NCBI GenBank assembly: GCA_919902105.1
Contig: CAKKQO010000017.1
Span: forward strand, 3,305-67,304
Source of the DNA: Omnitrophica bacterium GWA2_41_15
Lineage (GTDB): Bacteria; Omnitrophota; Gorgyraeia; Ghiorseimicrobiales; Ghiorseimicrobiaceae
DNA length: 64,000 nt
Direction: 5' to 3'
Part shown: positions 1 to 9,549 of the stretch, in pieces
How positions within the stretch are numbered: the first letter of the stretch is position 1
How the letters are laid out: every line of letters begins with the position of its first letter
Program-made: the position numbers and the translations under genes
Notes under the pieces: model-generated
What the model saw: the letters and a program-made list of their open reading frames with translations, nothing else
What the model was told of the DNA's origin: nothing
Database searches by the model: none

Positions 1-18
1 TGATTTTGGAAAGATAAT

Positions 19-2130
19 ATGCAGAATATAAAACTAAAAATAGAAAACCAGCTTGCCTTTATTGAGTTTGACCAGCCGGATTCTAAAGCTAATGTTCTCT
101 CCGCTCCGGTAATGGCCGAATTTAAAGAAATTATTTTACAGTTGGAAGAGAGAAAAGATTTAAAAGGGGCGATTATCTTAAGTGCCAAGCCTGATATCTT
201 TATTGCCGGAGCAGATATTAAGGAGATTGAAAATATAACCGCAGTAAGCGAGGCGTGTGCCAAAGCCAAAGCAGGACAATACATTTTAAATTCACTGGAA
301 AATTTGCCTTTTCCGACCCTTGCCTTAATTAACGGTGCCTGCCTCGGCGGTGGCTTAGAACTGGCGCTTTCCTGCGACTGGCGGCTGGCAGGTTTTAGCG
401 AAAAAGTAAAAATAGGGCTTCCCGAAGTAAAACTCGGAGTTATCCCCGGCTTTGGCGGCACAAAGCGCCTTGCGCGCCTGACAGGTTTGCGCAAAGGGCT
501 GGAGCTTATCTTATCCGGGGAAGCGGTTTCGGCGGAGAGCGCTTTTAAAATCGGTTTAGTAGACGGCTTAGTTTCTCAAAGCAGGATGTCTTCCGAAGGA
601 ATAGAATTTTTAAAGAATAAAAAGAAGCGCAAGATTTTTAGGCCGAAACTAAAAGGCTTTTTAAATAAATTTTTCGACAAAACGCCTCTCGGACGAGCTA
701 TCCTGGAAAATGAATCTAGGAAATTTATTTTAAAGACGACGCACGGCCAGTACCCGGCGGTTTTGGCGGCACTTGCGGCAGTTACGCAAAATTATACTGC
801 CTCGCTTAAGGCGGCCCTTGCAAGAGAAGCGCAAGTTTTTGCTAAATTATGCGTAGGGGAAGTGTCTAAAAACTTAATCAGTGTTTTTTATCTGGTTGAG
901 AAGTATAAAAAGGCAAGCTGGGTAGACGCACAGCCCAGAAAAATTAATAAATGCGCAGTATTAGGCGCAGGGGTAATGGGCGGAGGCATAGCGCAGCTTT
1001 TTAGTTTTTTTAGATTACCTGTGCGGATGAAAGATTTAAATTATTCCGCCTTAGGCCGCGGGTTAAAGCAGGCAAGAGAAGTTTTTAGCTACTCCCTTAA
1101 GAAAAGAAAGATTAGAGCCAGCCAGCTAAATTTAGGCATGGCGCTTATTTCACCGACTACCGATTACAGCGGCTTTAACAGCGCTGATTTAATTGTGGAA
1201 GCCGTGCTTGAAGATATGCAGATTAAAAAGAAAGTCTTTAGCGAATTAGGCAGTATCGCAAAACCCGATGCTATCCTTGCCTCTAATACATCCTGCCTTT
1301 CAATTAGAGAGATGGGCGAGGGTATAAAAAATAAGGCTCGGCTTATCGGGATGCACTTTTTTAATCCTGTGCACAGGATGCCGCTGATTGAATTTATCCG
1401 CACGCAAGAGACAAGCCCAGAAACAATCGCCACGATGGTTGAATTTTCCAAAAGATTAGGCAAGACCCCAATAGTCGTAAAAGATTCCTGCGGATTTCTC
1501 ATTAACCGAATCCTGCTTCCCTATCTTATTGAGGCAGTATTTATTTTAGAAGAGGGAGCGAGTTTTGAAAGGATAGATAAGATTTGTTTAGCTTTCGGCC
1601 TGCCCATGGGGCCGTTTAGCTTGGTAGATGAAATCGGCCTTGATGTCGGCTATAAAGTGGCTTTGCTTTTGGAGGAGAGCTTCGGTCCGCGTATGGCGGT
1701 GCCTGAGATTTTGAAGAAAGTTTATGAGAAAAAGTGGTTCGGTAAGAAAACGCAGAAGGGATTCTATGTTTATAAAGGGGAAAATAAAATTGCTAATAAA
1801 GAAATCTATAATTTTATCGCTAAGCCTGATTGCCGCTATCATAGCGATGAGGAAATTTTACAGCGTATGCTTTACCGCATGATAAATGAGGCGGCAATGT
1901 GCTTAGAGGAAAAAGTTTGCGATGAGCCGTCTTGCGTAGATATCGGAATGATTATGGGCACCGGCTTCCCGCCTTTCCGAGGCGGGCTCCTGCGTTACGC
2001 CGACTCTCTCGGCTGTGAAAATATCTTAGAAAAATTAGAGAAATTTAAAAAGGAAGTAAATGAGGCGCGATTTTCTCCTTCGGATTATTTAATTTCATTA
2101 GCTAAGGAGAAAAAGGGGTTTTATAAATGA
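19..2130 (+). CDS. Fatty-acid oxidation multifunctional protein: enoyl-CoA hydratase + 3-hydroxyacyl-CoA dehydrogenase (FadB/FadJ-like)
   Basis: 703-aa ORF. N-terminal crotonase motifs (FIAGADIKE, GACLGGGLELALSCD), central Rossmann GAGVMGGGIA, C-terminal 3HCDH-like region. Confidence 0.85.
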   Translation: MQNIKLKIENQLAFIEFDQPDSKANVLSAPVMAEFKEIILQLEERKDLKGAIILSAKPDIFIAGADIKEIENITAVSEACAKAKAGQYILNSLENLPFPTLALINGACLGGGLELALSCDWRLAGFSEKVKIGLPEVKLGVIPGFGGTKRLARLTGLRKGLELILSGEAVSAESAFKIGLVDGLVSQSRMSSEGIEFLKNKKKRKIFRPKLKGFLNKFFDKTPLGRAILENESRKFILKTTHGQYPAVLAALAAVTQNYTASLKAALAREAQVFAKLCVGEVSKNLISVFYLVEKYKKASWVDAQPRKINKCAVLGAGVMGGGIAQLFSFFRLPVRMKDLNYSALGRGLKQAREVFSYSLKKRKIRASQLNLGMALISPTTDYSGFNSADLIVEAVLEDMQIKKKVFSELGSIAKPDAILASNTSCLSIREMGEGIKNKARLIGMHFFNPVHRMPLIEFIRTQETSPETIATMVEFSKRLGKTPIVVKDSCGFLINRILLPYLIEAVFILEEGASFERIDKICLAFGLPMGPFSLVDEIGLDVGYKVALLLEESFGPRMAVPEILKKVYEKKWFGKKTQKGFYVYKGENKIANKEIYNFIAKPDCRYHSDEEILQRMLYRMINEAAMCLEEKVCDEPSCVDIGMIMGTGFPPFRGGLLRYADSLGCENILEKLEKFKKEVNEARFSPSDYLISLAKEKKGFYK

Positions 2131-2133
2131 GGG

Positions 2134-4005
2134 GTGTCTATGGAGATATTCGATAAAAAGATGAGCCAGGAAAAAAAGGCAGCGCTGGAATTAGCCGAGG
2201 CCTCACGCCAGGCACAGTGGGATTACCCCAGTTTTGTGCGCGAGATTTTTCACGGTAAAGTCCCTTGGCATTTAATCAGCCCTTTTCCGAGGCAGTCCGA
2301 AGAAGATAAAAAAATCGGGACTGAATACCTGAATAAACTCAAAAGTTTTTTAGAAAAGAACCTTAATCCCGACGAGGTGGATAAAACCGGTGAAATCCCA
2401 GAAGCCGTGGTTAAGGGTTTAGCGGATTTAGGGGCCTTTGCCATAAAAATCCCTAAGGAATACGACGGTTTGGGTTTTAGCCAGGTAAATTATAACCGGG
2501 CAATCCACTTGGTGGCAAGTTACTGCGGCTCAACCGCAGTATTGCTTTCGGCCCATCAGAGCATCGGCGTTCCCTACCCTTTGACTGTTTTTGGAAATGA
2601 GGAACAGAAGAAAAAATACCTCCCCCGTTTTAGGAAAGGGGCGATTTCCGGATTTGCGCTTACAGAGCCCTCGGCAGGCTCAGACCCGCATGAGATGAAG
2701 ACAACTGCTACGCCCACTGAAGACGGAAAATATTACTTGATTAACGGCGAAAAATTATGGATTTCAAACGGAAACATCGCCGATATCTTAATTGTGATGT
2801 GCCTGACGTCTCCTAAGATAGAGAGAGGCAAGGAAAGAAAGCAGATTACTGCTTTTATCGTTGAGACAAATACGCCGGGATTTGAGGCGGCATACCGTTG
2901 TAGTTTTATGGGATTACACGGGGTAAAACTCGGCCTTTTAAAATTCAATAATGTAAGAGTGCCTAAGGAAAATATTTTATGCGCTGAAGGCCAAGGGTTA
3001 AAGCAGGCCTTTGTCACGCTAAATACCGGCCGGCTTACCGTGCCTGCGGCTGTAACCGGAATGAGCAAGTGGTGCCTTTCGGTTGCGCGGCATTGGGCGA
3101 AGGAAAGAAGGCAGTGGGGTGCGCCTGTAGGTGAGCACGAAGCAGTAGCCGTAAAACTTGCCAATATCGCCGCAAGCACCTTTGCCATGGATGCGGTTAC
3201 TTGGCTTACCTCGCATATGGCAGACGAGAAAAAGTTAGATATCCGGCTTGAGGCGGCGATGGCAAAGTTATTCTGCACCGAAGAGAGCTGGAGGGTGATT
3301 GACGATACTCTTCAAATCCGCGGCGGGCGCGGTTTTGAGACGGGGCCTTCGCTAGCGGGGCGCGGTGAAAAGGGTTATGCGGTGGAGAGAACTTTTCGCG
3401 ATGCCCGGGTAAACTTGATTATTGAAGGGACGAGCCAGATTATGCGGCTTTTTATCGCCCGCGAGGCGTTAGACCCGCATTTAAGAAGGGTACAGTCGGT
3501 TTTAAATCCCAAGAGGGATATATTCAGCCGACTAAAGAATGCCTTTTCGCTAGGTTTTTATTATGCCTTTTGGTTTCCTAAATTGTGGTTTCCTTCTTTT
3601 GGGCTAGGCACAAGCCGAGATTTACCTATTATCCTAAGCAGGCACTTGCGTTTTGTGCGAGCTGCAAGCAAGAGATTGGCCCGCGAGTTATTTTTGCAGA
3701 TGATGATTTATCAGCAGCGTTTAGAATCAAAGCAGAATGTTTTACAAAGATTTGTCGATATCGGGACAGATTTATTTGTTATCTCGACCGTTTGTTCTTA
3801 CGCGGCAAGTTTAGAGAAGGGAAAAAGCGCCCAATATGACGGCTCAGCGATAGAATTAGCGGATTTATTTTCTCGTCAGGCAAGGACGCGTATTATGCGG
3901 AATTTTAAAGACGCATGGCGTAACCACGACAAGATGTTAAACCATGTCGCCAAGCAGATTGTAGCCGGAAAGTTTGAATGGTTAGAAAACGAGATTATTA
4001 AGTAA
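2134..4005 (+). CDS. Acyl-CoA dehydrogenase, long form with C-terminal extension
   Basis: 623-aa ORF. ACAD blocks GFALTEPSAGSDP, KLWISNG, LQIRGGRGF, IIEGTSQIMRLFIAREAL. Start is GTG 2134 or ATG 2140. Follows the FadB-like gene by 3 nt. Confidence 0.85.
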   Translation: MSMEIFDKKMSQEKKAALELAEASRQAQWDYPSFVREIFHGKVPWHLISPFPRQSEEDKKIGTEYLNKLKSFLEKNLNPDEVDKTGEIPEAVVKGLADLGAFAIKIPKEYDGLGFSQVNYNRAIHLVASYCGSTAVLLSAHQSIGVPYPLTVFGNEEQKKKYLPRFRKGAISGFALTEPSAGSDPHEMKTTATPTEDGKYYLINGEKLWISNGNIADILIVMCLTSPKIERGKERKQITAFIVETNTPGFEAAYRCSFMGLHGVKLGLLKFNNVRVPKENILCAEGQGLKQAFVTLNTGRLTVPAAVTGMSKWCLSVARHWAKERRQWGAPVGEHEAVAVKLANIAASTFAMDAVTWLTSHMADEKKLDIRLEAAMAKLFCTEESWRVIDDTLQIRGGRGFETGPSLAGRGEKGYAVERTFRDARVNLIIEGTSQIMRLFIAREALDPHLRRVQSVLNPKRDIFSRLKNAFSLGFYYAFWFPKLWFPSFGLGTSRDLPIILSRHLRFVRAASKRLARELFLQMMIYQQRLESKQNVLQRFVDIGTDLFVISTVCSYAASLEKGKSAQYDGSAIELADLFSRQARTRIMRNFKDAWRNHDKMLNHVAKQIVAGKFEWLENEIIK

Positions 4006-4135
4006 GCCCCGTTAGAGATGACGCTTTTCTTATAACAAGCGGGGTTTGGTAATTATAGAAGCAGAAATTTTATCAGCAGGATTACGAAGAGTAGACGGTC
4101 GTCGATGACGACCTATCTCTAACGGGGTAAGCCCC
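4002..4135. mobile_element. Candidate MITE-like palindromic element E0 filling the whole intergenic gap
   Basis: 13-bp inverted repeat CCCCGTTAGAGAT (4007-4019) / ATCTCTAACGGGG (4115-4127). Internal hairpin GTCGTC-gat-GACGAC. 9-bp direct repeat GTAAGCCCC at 4002-4010 and 4127-4135. Confidence 0.4.
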
Positions 4136-4137
4136 TT

Positions 4138-6192
4138 ATGGATATTCCTTTTCATATTTTTAAAAAAGACCCGGATAAATCTTTCATTGTTGATTACGCC
4201 CCGATTTTTTCCGGGCTCAATATTCTCGAGAAAAACCTTATCATTGAAAAAAGCAAAGTAGTGGAATATAAAAAAGACGATTTGATTTATAAAGAACTTG
4301 ACCCTCCGGACGGATTCTATTGCGTAATTACCGGCAGGATAAAAATTGCTACCGGAAAGAAAACACTGGAATACCTCCACTGCGGAAATTATTTCGGGAT
4401 TATCTCGCTTTTAACCGGGGATGCGCATTCGGTAAATGCCATAGCCGCCAACGACTCTAAAATCCTAAAAATAGAAAAAGATGATTTTGGCGAGATTTTA
4501 AAGCGCATTCCGCACTTAGCTATTGATTTAAGCAAGACCCTTTCGCGCCGTCTGCGCAAAAAAGAGGTTAAAGAAAAAAGGATTTTTGAAAGCAATATCA
4601 TTTCGGTCTTTAGCGCCGCAGGCGTTGGCGGGCGCACGATGTATGCGGCAGACTTGGCGGTTAATTTAAGGAAAGAAACCGAAAGGAACGTTATTTTAGT
4701 TGATATAAGCAAAAACCCGGTTGGCGTATGCCGGGCATTAGGGATTATCCCGCGGGATGACTTACAGCTTCCCGCGATTAAATTAGATACGCCGTTTTTT
4801 ACCGGAGGAATAATCCAAAAGGCAATTATTAAAGACGAGGCGAAAGGTGTAGATATTTTAAATGTGGCGCATGAAAGCGCTGAAGGGAAATTCGCAGCAA
4901 ACCTAAGCGCGCTACTAACCCACCTTGCCAGCGAATACCACTACATCATTGTTGACTTACCTTGCGAAGTTGACGCTGTGGTAAACCAAGCGCTGAGGCA
5001 ATCAGACAGCATTAATATAATTACTGATAATCTCAGCGCCAACCTTATAAAAACCGAGACGTTAATTTCCGAATTAGAGACGAAGATAAATTCTGCCTTT
5101 GACAAAATAAAAATAATTTTAAATGTCAGGGCTGGCGAGAACCGCGTTAATTACGAAGAAACCCTTAGTGCGCTTAAATATAAGATATATGCTACTCTGC
5201 CGGCATTTTGGGAGAAGGCTTTAGAAGGCGCATCGATGCCAGAGAGCCTCGAAGCTGAATATAAAAAAGCAATACGCCGGATTGCCAGGGAGGTCGGGGA
5301 TGTGCGCGTGGGTTTGGCTTTAAGCGGCGGGGCGGCTTTTGGCCTTGCGCATATCGGGGTAATCAGGGTATTAGAACGGGAGAATATTCCGGTGGATGTG
5401 GTAGTCGGCTCCAGTATGGGCGCTCTTATTGCCGCCTTCTGGGCGGTAGGATTGGATAATGATGAATTAGAGAAGGTCGCCTTGGAATTTAACAGCCGCA
5501 AAAAAGCATTTCATTTGATGATGGATTTTGGTTTTCCGAAGCTCTCTTTTGCCAAAGGAAGGAGAATAAAAAAATTGTTACATAAGGTTCTCGCAGATAA
5601 AACATTTGCCGATACAAAATTTCCGCTGAAAATCGTCGCCTGTAATATAAGCAAGCGCTCTAAATTTATCTTTGAGTCGGGCCCCCTTGTGGATGCGGTA
5701 ATGGCCAGTATTGCCATTCCCGGCCTATTTGCTCCAGTTAAAGTAAATGGGGATTTGTTGGTCGATGGCGGTATAATTGAGCCGGTCCCGGTGGGGACAT
5801 TAGTCAAAATGGGGATAAAAAAGATAATTGCGGTGGATACTTTGCCACGGCCGGAAAATATCTTAGAAAATTACGAATACTACTTGAAAATGGCAGAGGC
5901 GCAAAGTAAGCAGATGGAAGGGCGCAGTTTTTTAGACAGGATTATTTCCCGCATGAAAATGCGTTTTAATCAAATGTTTTTTCCTAATATCCTTGACATC
6001 ATCGTCAATAGCATACAGACATTAGAGTCTGCTGTTTCGGAGTCCGATTGCCAAATGGCTGATATCGTGTTGAGGCCTTTTGCCGTAGGAGTAGACTGGT
6101 TTGAGTTATATAAGTCGCAAGCATTAATAAAGAAAGGCATAGAAGAGGCAAGAAGGGCCATGCCTGATATTAAAAATCTCCTCAAAGAATAA
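4138..6192 (+). CDS. Three-domain protein: cyclic-nucleotide-binding domain + degenerate MinD/ParA-like domain + patatin-like phospholipase
   Basis: 684 aa. CAP_ED-like N-terminus (YFGIISLLTGDAHSVNAIA). Middle ISVFSAAGVGGRTM resembles a deviant Walker A lacking the Lys. Patatin motifs LSGGAAFG, GSSMG (GxSxG), DGG. Confidence 0.8.
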   Translation: MDIPFHIFKKDPDKSFIVDYAPIFSGLNILEKNLIIEKSKVVEYKKDDLIYKELDPPDGFYCVITGRIKIATGKKTLEYLHCGNYFGIISLLTGDAHSVNAIAANDSKILKIEKDDFGEILKRIPHLAIDLSKTLSRRLRKKEVKEKRIFESNIISVFSAAGVGGRTMYAADLAVNLRKETERNVILVDISKNPVGVCRALGIIPRDDLQLPAIKLDTPFFTGGIIQKAIIKDEAKGVDILNVAHESAEGKFAANLSALLTHLASEYHYIIVDLPCEVDAVVNQALRQSDSINIITDNLSANLIKTETLISELETKINSAFDKIKIILNVRAGENRVNYEETLSALKYKIYATLPAFWEKALEGASMPESLEAEYKKAIRRIAREVGDVRVGLALSGGAAFGLAHIGVIRVLERENIPVDVVVGSSMGALIAAFWAVGLDNDELEKVALEFNSRKKAFHLMMDFGFPKLSFAKGRRIKKLLHKVLADKTFADTKFPLKIVACNISKRSKFIFESGPLVDAVMASIAIPGLFAPVKVNGDLLVDGGIIEPVPVGTLVKMGIKKIIAVDTLPRPENILENYEYYLKMAEAQSKQMEGRSFLDRIISRMKMRFNQMFFPNILDIIVNSIQTLESAVSESDCQMADIVLRPFAVGVDWFELYKSQALIKKGIEEARRAMPDIKNLLKE

Positions 6193-6243
6193 CCCTACCT
6201 TTTTAATTTATTAACAGAGTTATAGCCCAGAATAGGGGGAGAA

Positions 6244-6834
6244 GTGGTTAAAGTTTTGAGAAAAATGTATGATTGGACAGTGCATTGGGCAAGGACAAAA
6301 AATGCCCCTTATGCGCTCTTCGGAGTGGCTTTTATAGAAAGTTCTGTTTTCCCTATTCCTCCGGATGTTTTATTAATTGCGATGGTAGTGGCGGATAATT
6401 CAAAATGGATACGCTATGCCTTTATCTGTACGCTCGGCTCAATTTTGGGCGCACTTTTCGGCTATTTTATCGGTTGGGGCCTGTATGAAACAGTAGGAAA
6501 AGTTATCGTAGATACTTATCATCTCCAGCAGATTGTAGAGTTAATCGGGCGCAACTATGCAGAGAATGCGTTCTTGACTATATTTACCGCCGCCTTTACC
6601 CCCATACCGTACAAGGCAATTACTATAACCGCCGGCCTTTTTAGAATATCGCTGACGGTGTTTATAGTTGCTTCAATCATCGGCCGTGCCGGGAGGTTTT
6701 TCTTAGTTGCCGGCTCATTACGTATATTCGGTAAAAAGATCGCTGACTCAATAGAAAAATATTTTGACATCCTTTCGCTTGTTCTTGCCGCGCTTTTAAT
6801 AATCGGGTTTTTATTCTTAAAGTACGTGTTTTAG
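6244..6834 (+). CDS. YqaA/DedA-family (SNARE-associated) inner-membrane protein
   Basis: 196 aa, multi-TM. N-terminal pattern FGVAFIESSVFPIPPDVLLIAM is typical of YqaA/DedA proteins. GTG start. Confidence 0.7.
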   Translation: MVKVLRKMYDWTVHWARTKNAPYALFGVAFIESSVFPIPPDVLLIAMVVADNSKWIRYAFICTLGSILGALFGYFIGWGLYETVGKVIVDTYHLQQIVELIGRNYAENAFLTIFTAAFTPIPYKAITITAGLFRISLTVFIVASIIGRAGRFFLVAGSLRIFGKKIADSIEKYFDILSLVLAALLIIGFLFLKYVF

Positions 6835-6837
6835 CTT

Positions 6838-7257
6838 ATGTTCTTAGTGTCCCCAGAGAAAGAAAAAAAGTTATTTGAGCGGATGAAGGCGTTGGGCGTG
6901 CGCCAGGTCGATATTGAGGAGAAATTTATCCGTTCATCCAGTCCCGGCGGCCAGAATGTCAATAAAACCTCGACCTGCGTCTATTTAAAACATATCCCTA
7001 CCGGATTGAGGGTTAAATGCCAAAGGGAACGCGCACAGAGCCTTAATCGATACTTAGCGCGCAGGCGGCTCCTCGATTTAATTGAGCAAAAAGAAAAAGG
7101 ATTTATCGCCGCCGAAAGAGAGCGCATTGAAAAAATCCGCAGGCAGAAGAAAAGGCGCTCACGGCGGGCAAAAGAGAAAATATTGCGCAATAAACATCTG
7201 TTGTCAGAGAAGAAAAGCCAGCGTATCGGTATTAAAGCGCATTTTATCGAGGACTAA
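6838..7257 (+). CDS. GGQ-motif peptidyl-tRNA hydrolase, ArfB-like ribosome rescue factor
   Basis: 139 aa. RF-1 domain core SPGGQNVNKTSTCVYLKHIPTG followed by a highly basic C-terminal tail, as in ArfB. Confidence 0.65.
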   Translation: MFLVSPEKEKKLFERMKALGVRQVDIEEKFIRSSSPGGQNVNKTSTCVYLKHIPTGLRVKCQRERAQSLNRYLARRRLLDLIEQKEKGFIAAERERIEKIRRQKKRRSRRAKEKILRNKHLLSEKKSQRIGIKAHFIED

Positions 7258-7261
7258 GTAT

Positions 7262-7582
7262 ATGATTACTTATGATGATTTTAGGAAGGTAGAGTTAAAA
7301 GTGGCGATAATTAAGGAAGTTACAATACATCCTGATGCCGATAAGCTCTATGTTTTAAAAATTGACGCAGGCGGCATAGAGAAACAGTTGGTTGCGGGTA
7401 TCCGTCCATATTATTTGCCTGATGAATTAATCGGACGCCAGGTTATTATCGTTGATAACTTAGAGCCCAGGGCCGTGCGCGGGATGATGAGCCAAGGCAT
7501 GCTTTTAGCCGCCTCCGATGACGAAGGCTTAAGCATTCTCACCTTAGACAAACCAAGAAAATCCGGAAGCATAGTAAAATAG
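7262..7582 (+). CDS. tRNA-binding domain protein (CsaA/Trbp111-like OB fold)
   Basis: ATG at 7262 inside the 7082 ORF. FRKVELKVAIIKEV...HPDADKLYVLKIDAG...QLVAGI matches the tRNA-binding OB domain. The upstream part of the track ORF overlaps the ArfB-like gene in another frame. Confidence 0.75.
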   Translation: MITYDDFRKVELKVAIIKEVTIHPDADKLYVLKIDAGGIEKQLVAGIRPYYLPDELIGRQVIIVDNLEPRAVRGMMSQGMLLAASDDEGLSILTLDKPRKSGSIVK

Positions 7583-8965
7583 ATGAATATCACGCAATTT
7601 ATCCCGCAGGATATATGTCTTAAATGCGACGGGTGTTGCCGCTTTAACTATCCAGACACCATCTGGGCGCCTTTGGGCAGAAAAACTGTTTCCTATCAAG
7701 ACTACTATATCTGTGAATGGTTTACCCCCAAGACACATAAATGTAAAGATTATAAAAATCGCCCGCTTGATTGTTTGTTCTATCCTTTCCTCCTGCCTAA
7801 AAAAAATGAAAAAATTTATCTTGCCGTACACTTAGCATGCCCATATATAAGCGAAAAAATAAATTCGCTGGAATTTAACAATTATGCAGAACATTTATCC
7901 AATTTTTTAAAGAGCAAAGACGGAAAAAAGTTACTAAAAGAAAACCTGCATATCTGTGCCGAATACGATGGAGACTTAAAGCTCATCGCGCGACTTGATA
8001 TTGAAGAAGAGCCGCTGGGTAAACCCCTTGAAGTTGAAGATAAAATAATCTTTGAAAAGTATCTTTCTAAAACAAGGCATGAACTTTCCATCTTTTCTTT
8101 TGCCAATATCCTTATCTGGCAGGCGCATTTTGATATCCGCTACAGGATTATAAAAGATAATCTCTGTGTATTTTTCAAAGACAGGATTGGTTGTTTTATG
8201 TGCCTTCCGCCATTAGGTAAAAATGTCGGCAAGGAAACGCTCGAAGGATGTTTTAAGATTATGAATAGCCAAAATGAAGACCAGCGCATTTCGCGCATAG
8301 AGAATATAGAAGAGGGACAAGCGGATTTTTACAAAAAGTTGGATTTTAAGCTTTACCCCAAAGATAAAGAATATATCTATGAAAGAAAAGATTTGGTTAC
8401 CTTAGCCGGAGATAAATTTAAAAGTAAAAGGGCAAATTATAATTATTTCATTAAGCATTATGATTATGAATTTTCTCTTTTAGAGAAGGCGGCGATTAAT
8501 GATTGCCTCAAGACTTTAGAAAATTGGAAAAAAGAACGCCTATCCCGCCCGAACGACCCGCCCGAACGACATCTGGTCGGGCGCGGCATTCAGTCGGGCG
8601 CGGCCCGCAATAAAGATGAATTATACCGAAATATTTTAGAAGATAATTTTTTGGCGCAGAAAGAAGCTCTTTTGAATTACGGTCATCTTGGTTTATCCGG
8701 GAGAGTTATTAGGATAGAGGGAGAGGTTAAGGCGTATACTTTGGGCTTTGAGTTAAATAAGGATATTTTCTGTATTTTAGCCGAAGTCTGCGACCTGAAG
8801 TTTAAAGGGATGCCTCAGTTTTTATTCCGTGAATTTTGCCGTATGTTAGATAAATATAAATATATAAATGTGATGGATGATTCAGGCCTCGTTAATTTAA
8901 GGACGGTAAAATTATCCTACCATCCTACAAAAGAGATAAATTCCTATATCGCTGAGTCACAATGA
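7583..8965 (+). CDS. Fusion of YkgJ-type Cys-cluster domain and DUF2156-like (phosphatidylglycerol lysyltransferase C-terminal-like) domain
   Basis: 460 aa. N-terminal CLKCDGCCRF...C...C cluster. The C-terminal 300 aa resemble the DUF2156/GNAT-like fold (tentative, by eye). Contains a GC-rich repeat insert at 8544-8608. Confidence 0.5.
   Translation: MNITQFIPQDICLKCDGCCRFNYPDTIWAPLGRKTVSYQDYYICEWFTPKTHKCKDYKNRPLDCLFYPFLLPKKNEKIYLAVHLACPYISEKINSLEFNNYAEHLSNFLKSKDGKKLLKENLHICAEYDGDLKLIARLDIEEEPLGKPLEVEDKIIFEKYLSKTRHELSIFSFANILIWQAHFDIRYRIIKDNLCVFFKDRIGCFMCLPPLGKNVGKETLEGCFKIMNSQNEDQRISRIENIEEGQADFYKKLDFKLYPKDKEYIYERKDLVTLAGDKFKSKRANYNYFIKHYDYEFSLLEKAAINDCLKTLENWKKERLSRPNDPPERHLVGRGIQSGAARNKDELYRNILEDNFLAQKEALLNYGHLGLSGRVIRIEGEVKAYTLGFELNKDIFCILAEVCDLKFKGMPQFLFREFCRMLDKYKYINVMDDSGLVNLRTVKLSYHPTKEINSYIAESQ
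8544..8608 (+). repeat. GC-rich repeat insert inside a CDS: 13-nt unit x2 followed by a partly complementary 17-nt-period unit x2
   Basis: CCCGCCCGAACGA at 8544 and 8557. GTCGGGCGCGGC at 8576 and 8593. Translated in-frame as RPNDPPERHLVGRGIQSGAAR. Confidence 0.7.
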
Positions 8966-9549
8966 GATTATCCGAATTAAAATTTGTGGTATTTGATGTA
9001 GAAACCACCGGCCTTGAACCGGAGTCCGGGGATAGGATTGTAGAAATCGCTGCTTTAAAGTCTAAGGGTGAAAAGGTCGTTGATAGATTCCATTCGTTAA
9101 TTAACCCAAAAGTTCCTGTATCGGCCGGGGCATTCGCAGTAAACGGGATAACCTTGGATATGCTTAAATCTGCGCCGAGGCCATCCGAGATTATTCCTAA
9201 ATTTGTTGATTTTATAAAGCGTGATGCGCTTTTTGCCTATAATGCCAATTTTGACGCGGCATTCCTTGCGCAGGAATTAAAATTATTGGGAGAAAATCTT
9301 CCGCAGGAATTAATCATTATTGATATTCTGGCAATGGCGCGCTCACTGGTCACAAATTTATTCAGTTATAAATTGGAGTCAGTGGCTAAGCATCTTGGCT
9401 ATGCGCAGGTACAAAAACACCGCGCCTTAGAAGATGTGAAAATGAGTTTCTTTATCCTGCAGAAATTATTCGCTATTTTAAAGACACGCGGCAGAGATGA
9501 TTTTTTACAGATTAAGAATTTATATGGAATATCTTTACAAAATATATAA
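8962..9549 (+). CDS. DnaQ-like 3'-5' exonuclease (DNA polymerase III epsilon family)
   Basis: 195 aa. Exo I FVVFDVETTGL, Exo II AYNANFDAAFL, Exo III HRALEDV. Confidence 0.8.
   Translation: MRLSELKFVVFDVETTGLEPESGDRIVEIAALKSKGEKVVDRFHSLINPKVPVSAGAFAVNGITLDMLKSAPRPSEIIPKFVDFIKRDALFAYNANFDAAFLAQELKLLGENLPQELIIIDILAMARSLVTNLFSYKLESVAKHLGYAQVQKHRALEDVKMSFFILQKLFAILKTRGRDDFLQIKNLYGISLQNI

Noticed and set aside
7082-7261. N-terminal 60 codons of the 166-aa track ORF upstream of the tRNA-binding domain
   Set aside because: This part overlaps the ArfB-like gene in another frame and is Lys/Arg-rich junk. The domain begins at the ATG at 7262, right after the ArfB-like stop.
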